Part shown: positions 12,354 through 26,727 of the stretch, piece by piece
Numbering within the stretch: position 1 is the first letter of the stretch
Layout of the letters: every line of letters starts with the position of its first letter
Source of the DNA: Microbotryum violaceum
Lineage: Eukaryota
Direction of reading: 5' to 3'
DNA: 64,000 bases
Assembly (NCBI GenBank): GCA_001244265.2
Contig: CDLV01000006.1
Span: 2,356,001 to 2,420,000 of the forward strand
Translations under genes and position numbers: made by a program
The notes under the pieces: model-generated
Seen by the model: the letters and a program-made list of their open reading frames with translations, nothing else
The model's database searches: none
Told to the model about the DNA's origin: nothing

Positions 12354-12584
12354 CCTTGCGGGTACTTTACACCCCTCCCAGCCGTGACGATGGGTCTTGC
12401 ACGATACGCTACCTCAGGAAGAAGCCAGAGGAGGAGTACGGGAGAGAGCAGAGGCTACAAGGTACCCAGAGCGTAGCCGACTGAATGAATACTATGGACT
12501 GAAGTGACGCGAGGACGAGGTGAGGCGTGCGCGAGGTCCAAGCTCTCAACTTGCGACCGACCACGCCGGCTGCTCCTCCCAACG

Positions 12585-12752
12585 CACGCTGAGCAAAGGG
12601 ACGGCAGTCTTTAATCCTCAGCTGCGATTACCGAGTGGGGATGAGGAGAAAGCGTATGATGCGGGATCGGAAGTGAGGTCCTTGCGTGACGCGTGGGAAC
12701 GGTTCGCTCAGGTACAGGCCGATGCATCGCTCATTAGGGATTGGTCGTTGGG
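12585..12752 (+). pseudogene. Dispersed fragment homologous to the FUSC/ArAE transporter gene (33710-33883, opposite strand)
   Basis: Hand alignment gives about 85% nt identity with one 6-bp in-frame gap. Peptide SGDEEKAYDAGSEVRSLRDAWERFAQVQADA vs SGDEEKGYDAGSEVGFLRAAWEHFAQVQADA. Confidence 0.9.
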
Positions 12753-13231
12753 CGTAGTGACTGATGCGGCCCGGAAAAAATGAAAAGGCTACAGCTCCCG
12801 CTTATCGACATATATCGTGTTCCCGTGGCGTACATACACTTTTTAGTCCTGTAGAGCATAACAGAGCCAGCAGAGACGCCCATAAAGGCCTTACGTCACC
12901 TGTAACACTCTGTCTGCCTCGGGGCGTATTTTCGGCCATGCGCTCAGGCACTCATGGGCTCGGCTTCAGATATTGAGATCGGCAACTCTCAAACGCTATC
13001 GAAAGCTTTTATGGGATTCCGCTTTTGCTTAAGGGCTCTTTGAGCTCTACAGCAGATAAGCTTAAATCGAAGTGGTTAACGTGCAACTGATCACTACTTT
13101 ATTGTCCAAAAATATAGTCAATAGGACTCTAAGGGTTCAATTCTTACTACTGGCCGATACTATGTATGTACATCATCCAGGTTCATGAAATTTTTCTATT
13201 GCCAGATTCGAGTTGTTGCCTTTTTTTCATT

Positions 13232-13249
13232 AAAAAAAAAAAAAAAAAA
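13232..13249 (+). repeat. Poly(A)18 tract closing an AT-rich island upstream of MTO1
   Basis: 18 consecutive A residues, preceded by T7-CATT. Confidence 0.95.
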
Positions 13250-13372
13250 GGTTCGTTACAAGAGTCGTTAAAGTAGAGGATCCTCTGCTTCCGTTGACGT
13301 TGGCGGAGTCGATCTGCGCCTGCGAGCTCCCCATCCTCTCCCTCGCGCTCGGATCAGAGTGACAGCACGATC

Positions 13373-15776
13373 ATGTCACTCCAATCGACACGAGCTTCGA
13401 TCAGGTCACTCCTATACAATCTACCACCTCGATTAGGCAGTTCAAGCACGTACAGGACCTTCGCAACCGTGGTCGAAGGAACCTCGAGCTCGGTTGCGAC
13501 CGACGGCTCGACCTCATCGCCACCGGCGTACGAGACGCTTGTGATCGGAGGAGGTCATGCAGGGTGTGAAGCAGCCGCAGCATCGGCAAGAGCTGGAGCG
13601 AGGACCCTTTTGCTCACCCAACGTCTCGATATGATCGGCGAGATGAGCTGTAATCCCAGCTTCGGAGGTCGGTTGTCGCCTGGAGTCGGGTCTGCCCGCG
13701 TGAATGGCGCTGATGAGTATCTGTTCATCTCGATCAGGCATCGGGAAAGGGACACTGGTCAGAGAAATAGATGCTCTTGATGGCCTGTGCGCCAAAGTCT
13801 GTGGTCAGTAACCCATCGGCTGTGCCGCGACTCCTTGTCGAGGGCAGCTCTGACCACGTGGTCACCCCGGCCGAACAGACGTTGCTGGAATACAATTCCA
13901 CGTTTTGAATCGGTCCAAAGGGCCAGCTGTGCATGTGTGTACTCCCAAGGTCCTCCTTGCAGACAGGTCGCAACTCACCTGTCGGTCTTCTCCACAGGGT
14001 CCTCGAGCTCAAATCGATCGAAAACTGTACAAGCGCGAAATGCAGGCCGTGCTCTCCAAGTACCCAAATCTGACAATACGCTCCGCCAATGTCAAGGACG
14101 TCGTACTCTCGAGCCCTCTTGATGGACAGACGGAGCGGAAAGTTGTCGGGCTGAGAGTTGGTGAGCTTGCCAACCCAAGGCACCACTATGAAAGACGTAC
14201 TGATTCTGATTCTCTGCTCTTTGCTTCTTTGCTGTTCAGATCAGGGCGAAGTGATCCCTTGCAAGTCGATAGTGATCTCAACGGGAACCTTCCTTGGAGG
14301 TGAGACCCACATCGGATTGGAGATAACACCCTTCGGCCGAATAAACGAACCCGCTGCGCATTCGCTCTCCCGCTCGCTCAAAGGAGCCGGCTTTGAATTG
14401 GCTCGCCTAAAGACAGGGACTCCACCTCGCCTCAGAAAGGACACGATCAACTATGATGGTTTACTGCAACAAACTGGCGATCGACCGGCGAATCCTTTCA
14501 GTTTCATGACCGATCGAGTCGCGAATGAGGACAACCAGGTGTCCTGTTATCAAACGGCGACGAATGCGAAAACGCACGAGATCGTTTCCAAAAACCTACA
14601 TACATCGATCCACATTCGGGAAACGATCAAAGGGCCGCGATACTGTCCTTCGATCGAGTCGAAGGTGATTCGATTTGGCGACAAGCTGTCACATACCGTT
14701 TGGCTCGAGCCGGAGGGCTACGACTCGAACTTGATCTACCCGAATGGAATCTCAGTCACGCTACCAGCCGAGACGCAGCTCGAAATGCTGCGCTCGATCC
14801 GTGGGCTGGAGAACGTCGAAATGACGCAACCTGGGTACGGTGTCGAATACGACCACGTCGATCCTAGGGAGCTGGATCATACGCTCGAGACGAAGCGGAT
14901 TAGGGGCTTGTTCTTGGCTGGCCAGATCAACGGTACGACGGGGTACGAAGAAGCGGCGGCTCAGGGGGTCTTAGCGGGGATCAATGCGGGTCTATCAGCT
15001 TTGGGTAAGGATATGATGATCCTGTCGAGGGCGGATGGGTTCATCGGCGTTTTGGTCGACGATCTGGTCACCAAGGGTGTCAATGAGCCTTGTGAGTTGC
15101 GCTTGGAGATTGCATTTGCGATAAATCATTTGGCTGACGCACCGGGGTTCCATTCTTAGACCGCATGTTCACCTCCCGATCCGAGTATCGTGTTTCGCTC
15201 CGATCCGACAATGCAGATTTGCGCCTCACCGAATTGGCGAGCAAGTTCGGCGTCATTTCCGAGGCCCGTCGGAGCCATCTCGAATCGACCCGATCCACGC
15301 TCCACGCTGGAATCGCCATGATGGAGAATTTCATTCTTCCTCCCGAGTACTGGAATATTCGAGGCTTCGACGTCCGAAGGGATGGCATCCGTCGCTCGGC
15401 GTTCGACTTGCTGCATTATAAGGGGGTCGATGTGACTCGCTTGGAAGGGGTGGTACCGGGATTGGACGGGCTCGACCCCAAGCTGAAGGAGCGGATTTAC
15501 ATTGAAGGTCTGTACAAGCAACATATCCTACGACAACAACACGAAGTCTCGCTCTTTCAAAGGGACGAGAACCTCGTCATCGACCCCTCAGTTGATTACG
15601 CGACGATGCCAGGGATGTCAACCGAGGTTCGACAGCGGCTCGATCAGCATCGTCCCAAGACCCTTGGGCAGGCGAAACGACTTGAAGGGGTTACACCGGC
15701 GAGTTTGGTTGGTCTGATGAAGTGGGTTAGGAAGTCCCATAAGGGCGCCAATGTCGCCCCTGTTGAGGGATTGTAA
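13373..15776 (+). CDS. MTO1: Mitochondrial tRNA U34 modification enzyme Mto1 (GidA/MnmG family), spliced
   Basis: [79 protein letters not shown]. The N-terminus resembles a mitochondrial presequence. Confidence 0.96.
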
Positions 15777-16122
15777 TGCCTCGATTTATCTTGTCGTGGT
15801 GATGGAGAAATACGGGATTCACTGCAAAGCATTGGTTGTCTCTATGGAAAGGCCTCTCGAAAAAAGGGAGAGAATAAGGACGGGATGGGCGCGTTGAGCC
15901 AATAAGATATGGTCACAGAAGAAAGGATGAGCGATGCAGGGTCGTCCTCGGGACTCTTGCGAGGAGGGTGGGAGCAGAAGAAACGGCGTCGAGCGAACGA
16001 AGCTACACAAAACAGACGAACCAATCCATCAACTAGAGATATCATCCCTTGATGCCAGAGGCTAATCTGTGGAAGACATAAAATAACAGCCTTACATAGA
16101 AAGCGGATAGCGTTGCGTCGTC

Positions 16123-18580
16123 TCAATCGTGGGGGAGTTGTTCAGGGTGCTCGTGCTCGAGCGAAGGCGTTTGTGGATCCGTCATCGTGGATCGAACAGA
16201 GGAGCTTGGCGTCGAGATCGGGGGAACTTGTTGGGCCAAGGAAGGGAGGGGAGCACCATGTGTTCTTTGACGCCATGCTTCGAGGAAAGAAGGTCGTCGG
16301 TTGAGGTTGGGGAGATCGGATGGCGCAGGAGGGGCAGCAGGAGGGACCCCTTGAAAGTATTGGGGCGGGATCATCTGGGTGATCGGCGGAAGATATTGCA
16401 GCTGCCGATGCTCCATGAATTGCTGGGACGGAATCGTGAGCGAGCCACGTCGTGATCCATAGTCCGAAGAGGCTCGAGGAGTCATCATCATCGTCGATGG
16501 GGGGCTGAAATGAGGCGTTGAGGAAGGTCGGGTTGTCAGGGGCGGAGAGGGTGGCATCATCGGAGGTCCACTTGGGTGCTGAAGCGCTGACACGAAGGAT
16601 GACAGACCCATAGGGGAACGGTTGCTTCGGTCCGGCCACTCGTTACCAAGCGAGGCTGAAGTCATATGGACGCGGCGGTATTATGCTATGAGCGGTGCTG
16701 ATGGCCGATTAAAGGGACCGGTGTCGCAAGCCCTGCACTCACCTCGACGTAAACCCATAAGACCAGCGGCGGCTTCGCGCTCTGGGTGGGCAGATACCGA
16801 TCTCGAACCTGATCGTTTTCGACTCTTCTGCATTCTTTGAGACTGGTATCAGAAAGGGAGCATCCACCTCAGCAGGCAGCAGGCCGTCCTACTGCGCGAT
16901 TCGCCCGCCCACCGCTGTGATCGCGGTCAACTTACCGATGCAATCGAGGCTGCAATGGTTTGTTCAGTCCTTTCCCTTGTCGCTCGAATTCTCTCCATCG
17001 TTCCTTCCGGTAGGTCGAAATTCTCGGGGGCAATCTGTGGAGTAACGGAGAAAGTGGCCACGTTTGTCAGCTCATCGGTTTGACATTAGCCGGCCGGCTG
17101 GCAGACTGTCGTGTTGGACCCTACCTTGAAACGTTCGGCCCCGATGGCCCGAAGTTCATGCCAGATCTCGACATCACCACTGACGGGACCGAAACCTATG
17201 AGAGTGACCCGAGTGAGCACGTCTGCTATGGCCCAACGGTCGAGGTGATGCGTGCCGAACGCGTCACTCACCTTCACTCGCCCGCTCCTTGGCCCGCTTG
17301 GCTGCGCATAGACCACAGCCATTACACAACATTCTCGATCCAGCAGGTCCTGTTGGTCCATTCCGGTTGCAGACCACCCAAGATCAGTTCCAGAGCTGGA
17401 CGTGCCGTGCCGATCGCCGGTGAACTCACCTCGACGCCATTCGGCCGTGTCCTGCACGGAGCAGACGGCGCACATGTCTGGCGGCGTCTTGCCACGCTTC
17501 CGACGATCCTCAACGTCGTCATCTTCATTCATTGACTGGCTTTCCAACGTCAAGCTACCCACCCCCTCCAACGCGTCGTAGCGCGCCTGCAGAGCCGTGG
17601 TTCGGTTTGGATGCGTGGGGGAGCACAGCGGTGCGGAGGCGCGCGAGCCACGCAGGGAACAAAGGCACAGGGGTCAAAGGATTAAGCGAGGGGTGGGAAG
17701 GGACAAAGCGCGGTTTTTTGGGACAGCATCAGCACAAAGCAAAGTGATTGACCAAGATTCGAATGTCCCAACACTTCATGTGTCACACTGCCACACTATC
17801 AGGGTGACGCCGGCTTCGCGGCCAAAGGAACAGGTGCGGAGGGTGAACGTGCGGGATGACAGGGACCCCCGTGGAGAGGGGTGGGCGACAGCCGGCCGGG
17901 AGCGCTGCTCGCGGAAACGCCGAGGCGCCGAGGCTCCGCACGGTCGCGCACCGCTCAGGACTCACGTTATCTCTAGATGGTGGAGGGGATTGCGGCGCCG
18001 GTCCTGGACGATCATATGGACCGGAGCGCGTACCTGTTCCGTTGAGTGACATGCGACGACCTTGATTTGGGCTGCGCGAACCGTCAGAACAACACCCAAA
18101 GGGAGGTATCCGAAAGCGGGATCAGCGAGTGGTCGTGACTTGGCGATAGCGCCGCGCAAAGGGAGGAAAAGCTCCAGGGACCAACACAGAGGAGTGCCGA
18201 CGATCAAGCACAGCAGAAGTCGGTGGCGAAGAGCCCGGTGTTGAATAGGGGAGACCATCTCCAGGGGGCCGAGTCGGGAAGTGAGGATGCGATCTCTGAT
18301 CCCCGGGAACGGACAGGTTGCAGGTCGCCGCACCTGTATAATGCTGCTGCCGCTCGTGTTGCTGGCCGTGGTGGTAATGTTGTCGGCGTTCCTGTTGATG
18401 ATGATCGAGCGCCAGATGAGACGTTGGCGCGCTGTCGGGTGATTGATCCGAGCGGTTCAGGTGATGTCCCTCGACGGGTCGATAGCCTGGACCGATGCCG
18501 GAGCGCCCGGCGTGACTGTGACTGTGCCCGTTCTCGAGCGAACTGGCGCGGTTCGTTCTGGCGCGGGGAGAATGACCCAT
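16123..18580 (-). CDS. GATA zinc-finger transcription factor (C-X2-C-X18-C-X2-C), multi-exon
   Basis: Removing an 80-nt GT-AG intron (17350-17429) gives CAVCSVQDTAEWRRGPAGSRMLCNGCGLCAAKRAK, flanked by low-complexity P/S/Q/H regions. Outer boundaries approximate. Confidence 0.85.
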
Positions 18581-19432
18581 TGAAGCGACGAGCTAGCAGA
18601 GGAGGCGCTCCTATCGAACTATAACACCAATGACAGCAGTCGAAGGCAAAAGGGAGATTCCGTTGTCTGATTGAAAGAAGGAGATACGGGGTTGGGTGGT
18701 GGGTTTGGGAAGATGGGGCAAGGTGCTGTGCGGCGAATGCGAGTTGAGAGGAGGCTTTGAACTTTACCGAGGGGCTAAGGAAGTTGCAGGAACAAACAAA
18801 AAAAAAGATAAACGACCTAAAAAGTCAGGATCGCCGGTCGCGAGCGGGAAGCCGATGGGTACCTTGAAGCCGGTGTCAACCTCCGGTCGTGGGAGGGCTA
18901 TGGGAAGCACTTCCGCGGTTGAACTCACGAGTGAGATTATGCGGGCCGAAGGCGTACCTAGAGGAGTCAGTGGTGTCGTTCGGTGTGGACGGAGGAAGAC
19001 TTAGGAGAGTCGGCGACGACCAGATGCGGGAGTTACGATGGAGTCGTCGGTCAAACCCGGCGGCAAGGGATGGAGGCGTTGCAACAGGGTCGATTTCTCG
19101 CACCGCTCGGGTGCATAGTGCCGAACACGAAGTTAGGTACATTTCCTAGATGGCGGCCGCTAGCGGCGACGCTCCGAGTTATGCACGGCCCCGCTGGGCC
19201 TTGGCGCCTCCTGAGCCTGAAGCGGACTAGCCCCTGTCGGAATTATAGCCGAGGTGCGAGGCGTAGCGCATCGATCTTGAGCCGAGCCGTGGGGTGTGGT
19301 GACACCGCTCTCAATCACAACTTTACAAGGCGTGGAGCAATCGCCAAACCAGCGGGACAGGTAGTATTCAGCGAGATAAAATAAGACGGACGTGAAAGAA
19401 ACCGGGGGGGCTTTGGGAGTAGCAAAGTTCTA

Positions 19433-19467
19433 GAGTAGCAGAGTAGCAGAGTAGCAGAGTAGCAGAG
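19433..19467. repeat. (GAGTAGCA)n octamer tandem repeat, about 4.4 copies
   Basis: Visible directly, just downstream of the GYP2 stop. Confidence 0.9.
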
Positions 19468-19510
19468 CGTATCTAGAGTCTGATTCTAGACCATGCGGTA
19501 CCTATCATCG

Positions 19511-22500
19511 TCACAGCAAACTTTGACCGCCCTCTTGAAGTAGATCTGTGCGCGCAATCAAAGAGTTCGGCTTGTGTACTTGTGCGGTGCACCCGGTCGG
19601 AAATGGCGTCGAGATCGGTTTCGCTCGGCCATTCCTCTTCCTCCCTAGTCACACTCACCTTCGCGTGCGGCTGTCGGTTTCTGTTGATCTCCGTCAAGCA
19701 TTTGATCGACCTGATTCATCAAATCGCCATCCAAATCGCCTGCGCCCAAATCGGCGTCCTCTTCTCCCTCATTGTCGATAACGAACTGATCGTCGGCGAA
19801 CTGGGTCCGTTCTTCCGCAACTTGCCGGGCCAGATCTTGTACGTCGATTTCGCGCGTTGGGGCACCGACTTTGGTGGAGGCGGGTTCATTGGCCCATGGG
19901 TTCATGACCGGTGGATATGCGGGCATACGCATTGCGGCCGCCGAGAGAGGATTGACGGCAGGAGCTGATTCGACCGCGGCGACGGGCGTAGGGTTCCTGG
20001 CGGACGCAGGCTTGGTCGACGTCGAGAAGAGCGAGTCACGTGCTGTCGGTTCAATTGCGGCCGCTGCTGCATCGAGCTTGCCGATGCTAGGTCCTGTAGT
20101 TTGCGATATACATGATGAGAAGACTCTGCACTCTCGAAAGCAGGGTGACAAACGCTTACTCTGCTCAACCGTCTGGATATCAAGCCGCTTGCCGACCTCA
20201 TCAGCGATGCGGTTGATTCGTTCCTGAATCATTTCGACGACAGTCAGTCTCCACGCTCCCCTACCGATTGTTCTCTCAAGAGGAATTAACGCACCTTATT
20301 CTCATCCGTCATCACAGCACTAATAATACCACCCCACCAACCCCCTACAGCACCCTTCGCTTGCTTCGGTTGATCCTCCGCCAAAAGAATCTCCAACCTC
20401 CAACTGGCCGTGAGGTCACTTTCGAAAAAGTCCTCGAGCAAAGGGTCCGCAAGCACACACATACGGAACGTCGCGAGTGCCAAAGCGGGTTTTTGTGGAT
20501 CGTCATTCTCGGCTGAAGGGGGTCGGGTTCGACCCGTGTGTGGATCGGGAGCGGTTTCATGGGCTGAGGATTCGGCGAATTCGAATAGGTTTTGGATGAG
20601 GTTGCTTACACTGCCGAGGTAGCGATCGCCGGGCTCGTTGCGGAACATGTACTGTGGGAGCCAAAAAGGCATCAGCCGACGACTCTAGCTGCGGACCAGC
20701 AGCGCTACTGACCAGTAAACTCTCCGAGACCTGCAATGCCTCATCCCTCGTCAAGTGCCCATCCCGATCTCCATCATGGATCGAAAATAACCACGCCAGG
20801 TTCATCATCAAATCATTGAACAGGATCGAATCCAGACCCGTCACCACATCCTGAAACGACAACCCCTGCGCACCCGTTTCGTCCCAATTGTGAAAGATCC
20901 GATCGACGAGCGCATGGTCGACCGGCTCGCGTTCCACATGTTCGTGAAAACCGTTTTTGACGACTTTCTCGTCCCTAGCCCAGGAGGCGATGTCGCCCAA
21001 AAAAGTACCGAACGCTTCTCGGTCGATGCGCGGTTCCGGTTTTTCGCCATCTTGCTTCTCCGCCACCGAGCCTTCTTCGGCTGATGGCCCCGAGGTCCCT
21101 CTCGACCGTTGCGAAGGGGTTTTGAGGGATCCACCAGAGCTGGAGTACCCTCGTTTCCGAGACCTTTCCGTCGACCTCAGGAGCGCAAGTTGGAAATGAT
21201 CATATGCGAGACCGAGCTGTTCTTTGCTCAGTCGCCCCGTGGAGCGCAAGTTTCGAATTGCCGACCTCTTGGCGAACGTCTCGATCGAGACGACGACCTC
21301 GGAACGGAACCGCTTGCGTTCACTCGCGATCGTTTCGTCGGTGATGGACGCGAACTCGCGGAACGCAACGACGACTACGAATACGGGCGCTCGCATGGTC
21401 AGCACGAATGGTCAGCACGTACACTCTTCAGTTTCCCAGCATGCTCACACAGTTCCTGGAACTTGGTGATTTGCCGCATCTTTGGATCACGCGATTCGGG
21501 GTGGACCGAATCACCAAGCGTAGCAAAGTACGACTTGAGAACGCTGTTCAAACCACAACACATGATCCATCAGCTTGAGTTTAAGCAATTTCAACGTTCC
21601 CGAACTCACTTGATAAAAGCCCCATCATCACTTGTCTGCAACAACTCCTCCCCATTGACCTTGAGGATCGCCAACCCGACTTGAAACAAGACTTTTGGCC
21701 CCATGAGGAAGAAACAGTCGATGATTCGGAAGGCAAACACCATCGGAAGGGACGAGATGTAGAGGGAGAGGAACCACGGTAGACTCGCGACGGAAAGTTG
21801 GACGTCAGCTTCGGAGAAATGGTCGTGGATCATGGGGAGGCATTTTTGAACGAGATGCTCGAATACGCGTTGGTCGAGTACAGTGCCGTACATGGACGGA
21901 CTGGAGGAAAAATGCAATGTCAAGTCAGGACTTTGATCCAGGCGACATAGCTGGTGTTTGCAGACTTACGAGTAGTATCCCGGTAGTAACCGGTCGCATA
22001 ACACGGTCAACGTCCAAAAGCATTGCTCCTCGGACATGTAGATCAAAAAAGACGCAGCGATGAGGTTCATTGCCTAAGAAGGAGCGCATACATATTAGCT
22101 CACGTTTCAGGCTAGGGAGTAGCACGCCGTCACTGACCTGGCAGTACCCCACACTCGGATTGCTCCACGAATACGCCGTCAACACCCTCCGCATCGCGTC
22201 GATGCCCGCTTTGTCCTGGTACGCCGCATACTCGGGTAATCTAAGACCACACACCTCTCGTCAGTACGCATTCACGCCAATCTCGCGTGCCTTACTCGTG
22301 AAGACTACTCACGACCGATGCAAATCCTTCTCGATATCATCCGTGCTAGCCGATCTCCGCCCTTCGTTATCTTCAAGGATCTTATCATAGACTCCAGGGT
22401 TGTGCAAGCGCATGTACATGGACCCGCATGTGAGTTCCCATATCTCGCCTCGAAGTCGATTCGGAAGACCGACGAGGACGAGGCGGGTGAAGGATGGGTA

Positions 22501-23811
22501 GCGCACGAGGGTCAGGTTGCGTCCATGGTCTGTCGCGAGCGAGAACGGTCGAAAGAAATTAGTTTGCGAGTCGCTAAGCCAGGATGCGACATGACTCACG
22601 CGTCAAGTACTCCTTCCACAGCTTCATCTTTGATTTCTCGCGCAGCCTACGGATGAGACGATTAGTGCTAGTTAGGTTCACTCTGGTACGAAACTGACCA
22701 GACTCGTGACTCACTTTCGAGGATCTCCCGGAAACTTGAAGACGAGACCTCTGTGAGGCGACCAGGGGAGTGTCCTAGAATTCAGTCTTCCGAGCCACTC
22801 TTCTTGGGCCCCGCGTATGGCGGACTCACAAGCCGCCATGGAAACCATGGCCCGTTCCAGCCTCGATCGTATACTCTTTGACTTCCTTCTGCTTGCCTTT
22901 GAAGTCGTTGGCTTCGGAATCGCCTTCGCCGAACGAGATCAACTGCCCAACCTCGGGTTCGGCTTTCTCCGAGGCGCCTTTCCCATCCGCGTCGGCGTCG
23001 TCCTGTCCCGAAACTGGGTTGAGGTAATGTTCGGAAAAGAAGGTGCGGGAAAAAGGTGACAAGGCTTTCATCATCGGTAAAGAAGCCTTGAGACGTCTTC
23101 GCAACGTGGCGCAGAAGGCATCGTTCGTCGGTCGGAGCGAGTTCAGTTGGATCACGATGCGGAGGTGGTGCAGCAGGGTGAGGGACAGGGCGAATGCGCC
23201 GGCGGAAGTGCCGTCTTGGCCTGGGGCGAGCTTCTCGACGCGTCGCACGGTCGCGAGGGGTAAGGTGAAACGACAGGATCGTCGGTCGAGCGAGGTGAAG
23301 GCGAGAAACGAGGTAGACAGGTAGAGCTTTCCCGACTGGTGCGATACGAGAAAGGAAGCGGACGGGTCGCAGCGGAGACCGAATACAGCATCAGTATCGA
23401 GCAAACTCTGCTTCCAAGCTCGAGTCGCCGAGTCCTGGGTCTGCGTGCCAAGCCCTACGCCAGACACGGTTCCCGACCGATGACGACGACGACCGCCGTC
23501 GGTCACCCAAGCAGCGAGTTGATCCGAGAACTGACATAGGCTTCCTCCTTCCCCTGCATGGTCAACACCGCATGGACCTCCCCCAATGGTTCCTCCTCCT
23601 CGGGTAGCCCGAACGCTTCCCGGAACAGCGCCTGGAGAGCGATGTGCGGACGTTTGCGGAAGGTGGGTTTGTCGAATATCGCCGTCGCGTCGGAGGTTCG
23701 ATGACCCTGTCAGCTAGCGCTTAACATGTCCGGACAGCCTTTGGGTCCTGTACTAACATCTTTGGTCGGCTCGGTGAAGTAGGTCCTGCGCTGTTGCACA
23801 CGAAGGCTCAT
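19511..23811 (-). CDS. GYP2: Rab GTPase-activating protein with GRAM, TBC and EF-hand domains (Gyp2/Mdr1)
   Basis: GRAM-like [62 protein letters not shown] and [10 protein letters not shown]-hand [13 protein letters not shown]. Last exon inferred ([12 protein letters not shown]). Confidence 0.92.
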
Positions 23812-23901
23812 CTCGACCCGGGTTCAGCTCCCAGCTGCTCCAAGTGGGGGTGAAGGGAAGGCGAGGGGCAAGACCGACCAGCGCGGTCTCGGTGTCGAAC
23901 G

Positions 23902-23995
23902 CCGAGTACCGAGTACCGAGGACCGAGTACCGAGTACCGAGGACCGAGTACCGAGTACCGAGGACCGAGTACCGAGGACCGAGTACCGAGTACCG
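23902..23995. repeat. 13 copies of heptamer CCGAG(T/G)A with a partial 21-bp higher-order period
   Basis: The variable base runs T,T,G,T,T,G,T,T,G,T,G,T,T. Lies 90-185 bp upstream of the GYP2 ATG. Confidence 0.95.
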
Positions 23996-24342
23996 TGTGA
24001 CCTGAGCGGAGCGTATCCTGCGGCCGAGGCGCTACGGTCTAGTGAGTCGTGCTGCCCAGGGCTATGCGACACTAGAATGGGCGGTGGGTGGTGGCAAGAT
24101 CGAGGCCACGTCTATCGAGGCCACGTTTTGCCAGGCCGAGTTCGACCGGCATTAGAGAGCATTAGAGCTCATTAGGGCCTCCTTTGACTGGGTCTGCGCG
24201 CTTCACCTGGCACTATTTTCCAGGGGAATTTATCCAGGATCCGGACACTGACATTGGGCTTTCTTCATTTCTTTCACACTAAATACAAATTTACCAACAA
24301 AAATGTCAAAGCACCCACCAAAATCTCACCTAGTCCGTCGGA

Positions 24343-25751
<1,409 letters not shown>

Positions 25752-26332
25752 GATGATGATCGAGACGAGAAGCTTCTTTCACGAGCGAGCGAGCGAGCGG
25801 TTTCGGTGAATGGGAGCGACGGTGTGCGGTGTATGATGGGGAGAGATGCGAGGGGCTTGTCCGAGTTTAACTTTTGAAATATAGTTGGTGCAAGTTGACG
25901 GGTGAGAGGTGGAGGAAACGGTGTGTCTTGGATGTAAGTTGCAGAGGGATAAGGAGGAAGCAACGGCGAGCCGAGGCGGAGCTTGAGTCGGAAGCCAAGC
26001 GCGGCAGTCCAGGACACGGCACCGGTCAATACCCGGACCGGAGGCACGACAACCATGCAGGTTTTTGGGGCTTTTTGCTGGGGCGCCTCGAAGGTCGCGT
26101 TAATATTGCGCTCCGTCGCACATTCTTCCTCGTCCCTTCCGCAACTTCTCACACGCCTTTGGAACCTACCTTTTGCCATGCAAACTTCAAGTCTCGACGA
26201 AGATCTGTCACAGCTCCGTAAGCCTGCTCCTAAAGAGGCCAACAACCCATCACAACCACTGCACCTCACTCCTGGGAGTCCGCGTACCTCGACGACACCG
26301 CGCAGCGCAGAGCGTTCAGAAACCGTTCGCCA

Positions 26333-26727
26333 AAGCCCGTGCTCAGCCTCGTATAGGTCTCTAAGCCGAGAACTCTCTACGACCCAAGCCCGTGTCTCAA
26401 CATGGAATCACTTTATCAGCAAAGCATCAATCCGCGCTCGAAGATGCTGTTGGACGTGGGCCCAAGTACGAGCGAGCTGGCGTGGACTTACGCTCCGAAA
26501 CGTAATCTGACCATTTAGCCGCCCCCCTACCTGATGATCGGGTGATTCATTCTAAGTTTCGAAAGCGCCCGTGAACTTTGAAGCCTCACCAGCATCTTCG
26601 AGCGGGGGGTTGAGACGGCAGCGCTATTTCCATATTTTGCTGACAAAGTGATTCCATGCTGAGACTGCGCGCTTGGCTCGTAGAGGGTTCTCCGCATAGA
26701 GACTTGTGAGAAGCTGAGCACGGGCTT
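26333..26727. mobile_element. Foldback/MITE-like element with long degenerate inverted arms
   Basis: 26333-26452 is the imperfect reverse complement of 26587-26727. Shared blocks are AAGCCCGTGCTCAGC, CATGGAATCACTTT and GCTCGAAGATGCTG. The spacer is about 135 bp. Confidence 0.7.

Noticed and set aside
12755-13096. Possible hAT-like ends TAGTGA...TCACTA around the AT-rich island
   Set aside because: Only 6 bp match and there is no 8-bp TSD.
24099-24178. Short duplications ATCGAGGCCACGT x2 and CATTAG(A/G)G x3
   Set aside because: Too short and too few to support a regulatory or mobile-element call.
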